Shown: piece by piece, positions 26,206-29,523 of the stretch | How positions within the stretch are numbered: the stretch's first letter is position 1 | Layout of the letters: each line of letters opens with the position of its first letter | Virus record (IMG/VR): IMGVR_UViG_3300043908_001268 | Span: 1-29,523 of that record | DNA: 29,523 nt | Origin: a virus | Lineage: Duplodnaviria; Caudoviricetes | Reading direction: 5' to 3' (one strand) | Made by a program: the position numbers and the translations under genes | The notes under the pieces: generated by a model | What the model saw: the letters and a program-made list of their open reading frames with translations, nothing else | Databases searched by the model: none | Told to the model about the DNA's origin: nothing

Positions 26206-26417
26206 AAAAAACACCACTACAAAAAGCCTTAAATAATGAATTTTCAAAAGATGATGCTTTTTTTAATCTTGATACAGCAATAGAACTCTCTAAAAAATTA
26301 AAGGTTTATGATCTTATAGAGCCAAATGGAAAAACTATTACTATCGTTGCAGAAATAATTAACAGACTTCAAAATGCAGAATTTGAAGTTATAGACTATG
26401 GAGACTTTGAAGCGTGA
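26202..26417 (+). CDS. Hypothetical protein
   Basis: ATG 26202 overlaps the upstream TGA and is in frame with the 26175 ORF. Confidence 0.6.
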   Translation: MKKTPLQKALNNEFSKDDAFFNLDTAIELSKKLKVYDLIEPNGKTITIVAEIINRLQNAEFEVIDYGDFEA

Positions 26418-27406
26418 GTACATACGAGCAAAATTTATGTGATTTAAATGATGTTTTATTTGTTTTACCGGAAGCATCAAAATACAACCAGAGATCACTC
26501 TTATCTCCAAACTGGGTAGCCTCTGGAACTTCTAACCTTTATAATCTTTACTCTCCCGGGTATATTGCATCTGATGCTGTTTTATATGTTGATGGGCAAG
26601 ACTTAGGAGTAGAAACTGGATCAGAACCCTCAAGTAATAATGAATGGAGATACACAGATAATTTAATCCAATACTTTAAATCTGGTACAAATGTAAGCCA
26701 GTTAAATGGTTCGATCTGGGAGATAGGGCAAGATACAGATACCTTAATTACATCAACTATTATACCTAGAGCAAGTGATATGATTCGCTCAATGGTTCAG
26801 CAGCCACTATATCCAAGAAGAGGGGTAGGGATTGCAAGTAAAACTGGACATGACTTTCCAGAGGTTATTGTTATGGCTACTGCTTACCAAGCTGCAAATT
26901 TAATAGTGGGTGTATATGATACTGAATTAAGAGATGAATTAGCATCTCAAATAATGAATGCAGAAGAAACAGGAATCATTGACAAAATACGAAATGGATC
27001 AATCTCATTGTATCAACATAATGATCTAGCTCTTAACAAAGGAATTGTAAGAAAAAAGTCTGTTAATGGTTCAAGTACAGCAGATATTGTAGATATTAGG
27101 GGAAGATGTTTAATTGAGTATGATTTAATAGAAGTAAAGATAGATCAAGGTGGAACGCTTACAAGGGGAACAGATAATACTGTAATTACTTTTTCAACCA
27201 AAGGACATTCATCTGCTGGATTACAAACAGCCGAACTTGTTACAAATCATGTAATATCTGGGGGATATGATAACATAGGTAGAGGTTTAGAAGTCAGATT
27301 TTCATATGGAATACTAAATACTGGAGATTCTTGGGAAGTTGAATGTTCTGGTATTATAGAAGCACAAGCAACTCCTGTTAAAATGGTACGAGCAGAAAGG
27401 ATATGA
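26414..27406 (+). CDS. Putative head-tail adaptor / neck protein with extra beta domains
   Basis: Central RASDMIRS...FPEVIVMATAYQAA helical segment resembles connector proteins; upstream of terminator and tube genes. Confidence 0.5.
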   Translation: MSTYEQNLCDLNDVLFVLPEASKYNQRSLLSPNWVASGTSNLYNLYSPGYIASDAVLYVDGQDLGVETGSEPSSNNEWRYTDNLIQYFKSGTNVSQLNGSIWEIGQDTDTLITSTIIPRASDMIRSMVQQPLYPRRGVGIASKTGHDFPEVIVMATAYQAANLIVGVYDTELRDELASQIMNAEETGIIDKIRNGSISLYQHNDLALNKGIVRKKSVNGSSTADIVDIRGRCLIEYDLIEVKIDQGGTLTRGTDNTVITFSTKGHSSAGLQTAELVTNHVISGGYDNIGRGLEVRFSYGILNTGDSWEVECSGIIEAQATPVKMVRAERI

Positions 27407-27813
27407 TAGATTACACAAATCAAATTCATAAGGCATTAGATAAAGTCGCATCTGTAATCACAAAAGAAATAACAGGAGTACCATTATCATTTGATGAGAA
27501 CAGGGGTAATAGTTCTTTCTGGTTGCAGCCTGTAAGTGATACATCAGTACAAAGATTTGCAACAAGTCAATTAAGAGAATATTCTTTTTTGCTTACCTAT
27601 CAGATTACAACCGGAGGGCAATATTCAGAAAATGTATTTAAACAATTATCCAATATTGCAGAGCGTGTAAAAGCTATTTTTTCTGGACCTCAATCAAGTA
27701 CAGAGGATGAATATTTTAATGGAGTTTGTGATTCAATAGAATACGAGAGGGATGAAGATGAAACAAAAGCGAGAGCAAATATTTCTTTAACAGTACAAAG
27801 GCTTGAAGTATGA
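27403..27813 (+). CDS. Putative tail terminator protein
   Basis: 136 aa alpha/beta pattern, located before the tail tube gene. Confidence 0.55.
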   Translation: MIDYTNQIHKALDKVASVITKEITGVPLSFDENRGNSSFWLQPVSDTSVQRFATSQLREYSFLLTYQITTGGQYSENVFKQLSNIAERVKAIFSGPQSSTEDEYFNGVCDSIEYERDEDETKARANISLTVQRLEV

Positions 27814-27995
27814 AAATAAAAATTAAAAAAGATTGCCAGATACCATTAGGGAGTGGATGGTGCTTTTTAGAATCTGGATATGATGAAGAATTGATAATAA
27901 AAATCAATGAGGGCAAAGAGGTTAAAGTAGATAAGATACATCCCTATGCTCGTAAATTAGTTAAACAAGTTAAACCAAATAAAAAAAAGGATTAA
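27810..27995 (+). CDS. Small hypothetical protein
   Basis: 61 aa, ATGA overlap. Confidence 0.65.
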   Translation: MKIKIKKDCQIPLGSGWCFLESGYDEELIIKINEGKEVKVDKIHPYARKLVKQVKPNKKKD

Positions 27996-27998
27996 AAT

Positions 27999-29018
27999 AT
28001 GGCTATATCCGGAACAGCTTATGATCCAAAATTATTTCAATTCCTAGTAGCAGAGCAGGATGACTTCGGCACAATAAACCCAACTTCTAGCGGTAGCCCA
28101 GATAATCCTTATGTTGCTCTTGATATTGATAGTATAGGATCACCAACATTAGGAATTAATCAAACTTTAGATGTCAGAAGTGGCTCAAGGGTTTTATTAG
28201 ATTCAAGTTTTTTTCAAGACAATATTGCAAGTGTTAAAGAGATTTCTGTAAGTGGTACAGCAACAACAGAAGGACTTGATTTATTATTGTCTCATTTTAC
28301 ATTAGATACTGGTGCGCCTTATGAGATTGCCTCAAATGTCGCAACCTCTACTTATTCAACTGGAACAACCAACCAAACATCACAGCAAATTTTATCTATT
28401 GTTATGAAGTCAGCGGCAACAGATAGCGATTTAGCTTTTAAAGATTGCTTTTTAACCTCGCTAACTTTAAATGGTTCGGCTGGAACAGAAGGCGGTAGGA
28501 TAAAGTTTTCCGCTACATTTCAAACAGGAACTAAATTAGCGTCTGGTGTACTCACAAATGCTAGTTTTGCAGCAGATACAGCGGTTACAGCAAATGATTA
28601 TTTTATGAGTTCTTTTGATGCAGATGACAGAATTATAGCTGGTTTAGCAAATGCAGTAGTTAGTGATTTCTCTCTAACAGTTGATAATCCAGTAGTATTT
28701 TCTGGAATTACCTCAACAGGATATGAGCAAGTTACTCGATCCGGTGAAATATCTGCGACAGCATCATTTTCAATTCTATATGATAATAATTATCTAGATA
28801 TGTTTGAAAGGTTTAACACTACTCAAGTTGCTGGATCATCTACTGGACAAACTTTATTAAATCATCAAGCAGCATTAGCAGATGGAAATTTTGGTTTTGA
28901 TATGCCTAGATCAATTATTACAAATGTTGCTTTTAATGAAGGCGATACAATGATGCTAGATGTAGAAGTTAAAGCATTAGGAAATGGATCAAATAAATTC
29001 ATTGGAATAAGTTGTTAA
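27999..29018 (+). CDS. Major tail tube protein
   Basis: 339 aa, Ser/Thr-rich beta protein, VAEQDDFGT and FSLTVDNP motifs, precedes chaperone and TMP. Confidence 0.8.
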   Translation: MAISGTAYDPKLFQFLVAEQDDFGTINPTSSGSPDNPYVALDIDSIGSPTLGINQTLDVRSGSRVLLDSSFFQDNIASVKEISVSGTATTEGLDLLLSHFTLDTGAPYEIASNVATSTYSTGTTNQTSQQILSIVMKSAATDSDLAFKDCFLTSLTLNGSAGTEGGRIKFSATFQTGTKLASGVLTNASFAADTAVTANDYFMSSFDADDRIIAGLANAVVSDFSLTVDNPVVFSGITSTGYEQVTRSGEISATASFSILYDNNYLDMFERFNTTQVAGSSTGQTLLNHQAALADGNFGFDMPRSIITNVAFNEGDTMMLDVEVKALGNGSNKFIGISC

Positions 29019-29036
29019 TTAAAAAGGGAGCGCACA

Positions 29037-29321
29037 ATGGAATTAAAAATCGAAGATCAGAAGATTGTAGTTAAGAACATTACTTACAAAGAGAAGCTAG
29101 GATTACAGGGTGAGTTTGCAGATGTTTATAAGAATGGTACTGATAATGTAAAACAGAAAGAGTTTAATATTCTACTCGGTAATGTTGCAGAGATTGCTTT
29201 TAATAATCCAGAGCAAGATTTAAAAAAGTATGATTATGACTTTCAATTAAAGATCTTAACAAAGTGCATGATGGATTATTTAGGTTTATCTGATTCGTCA
29301 AAAAAAGAAGATGGGGATTGA
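29037..29321 (+). CDS. Tail assembly chaperone (gpG-like)
   Basis: 94 aa between tube and TMP genes; slippery A-run near the 3' end. Confidence 0.75.
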   Translation: MELKIEDQKIVVKNITYKEKLGLQGEFADVYKNGTDNVKQKEFNILLGNVAEIAFNNPEQDLKKYDYDFQLKILTKCMMDYLGLSDSSKKEDGD

Positions 29322-29523
29322 GTTATGCTGTGTGGCATTGGGTTTTTGATAGAGATAGCCACCAACAATATACGCTCCCTTATATCGCTCAATCCCCTAT
29401 CTCAAAGAAGAAAAAGGAGTTTGCAACCATAGATGATATTTGGAATGAAATCAAACTTATTACTGAAAGCACAAAATTTAGTATTGGTCAGCAACTATTC
29501 TATTTATTACCACTATTTGCAAA
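29300..29523 (+). CDS. -1 frame extension of the tail chaperone, continuing at 130-328
   Basis: A AAA AAA G at 29300-29307; the -1 frame RRWGLSYAVWHWVFD... stays open through the junction. Confidence 0.7.
29398..29523. repeat. Terminal direct repeat, right copy
   Basis: Identical to 4-129. Confidence 0.95.

Noticed and set aside
434-27916. All minus-strand ORFs in the track (e.g. 434-643, 4892-5257, 7331-7624, 14209-14475, 16279-16566)
   Set aside because: They shadow well-supported + strand genes and show antisense-typical composition with no recognisable motifs.
1-29523. Stop-codon recoding, CRISPR array, diversity-generating retroelement
   Set aside because: Genes are intact in the standard code, and I saw no spaced repeats, reverse transcriptase or template/variable repeat pair.

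Overview
The window looks like a complete, circularly assembled genome of a small AT-rich tailed phage with siphovirus-type tail genes. Bases 4-129 repeat at 29398-29523, giving a unit length of about 29,394 bp. All credible genes are on the + strand. Gene order: tape measure and tail-tip genes; control region with a sigma70 promoter (5617-5853); small early genes; HTH proteins, SSB-like, NinG-like HNH, replication initiator, DEDD exonuclease, C5 methyltransferase; a self-contained moron; TerS, TerL, portal, MuF, scaffold, capsid; a LamG fibre module; lysis and basic-peptide cluster; connector, tail tube and a frameshifted tail chaperone. I recognised no integrase, CI-like repressor, helicase or polymerase, and saw no tRNA or CRISPR array. 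The most striking element is a structured RNA just downstream of the early promoter. Its loop (CTATCATCTCCA) is exactly complementary to a GGAGATGATA motif at the transcript 5' end and at the ribosome-binding sites of three genes, which suggests an RNA-only switch or immunity system reminiscent of P4 CI or P1 C4. A degenerate copy of the putative origin inside the rep gene sits just upstream of the same promoter. All protein calls come from motif recognition and synteny, not database searches. The host is unknown; regular SD use argues against Bacteroidota (inference).
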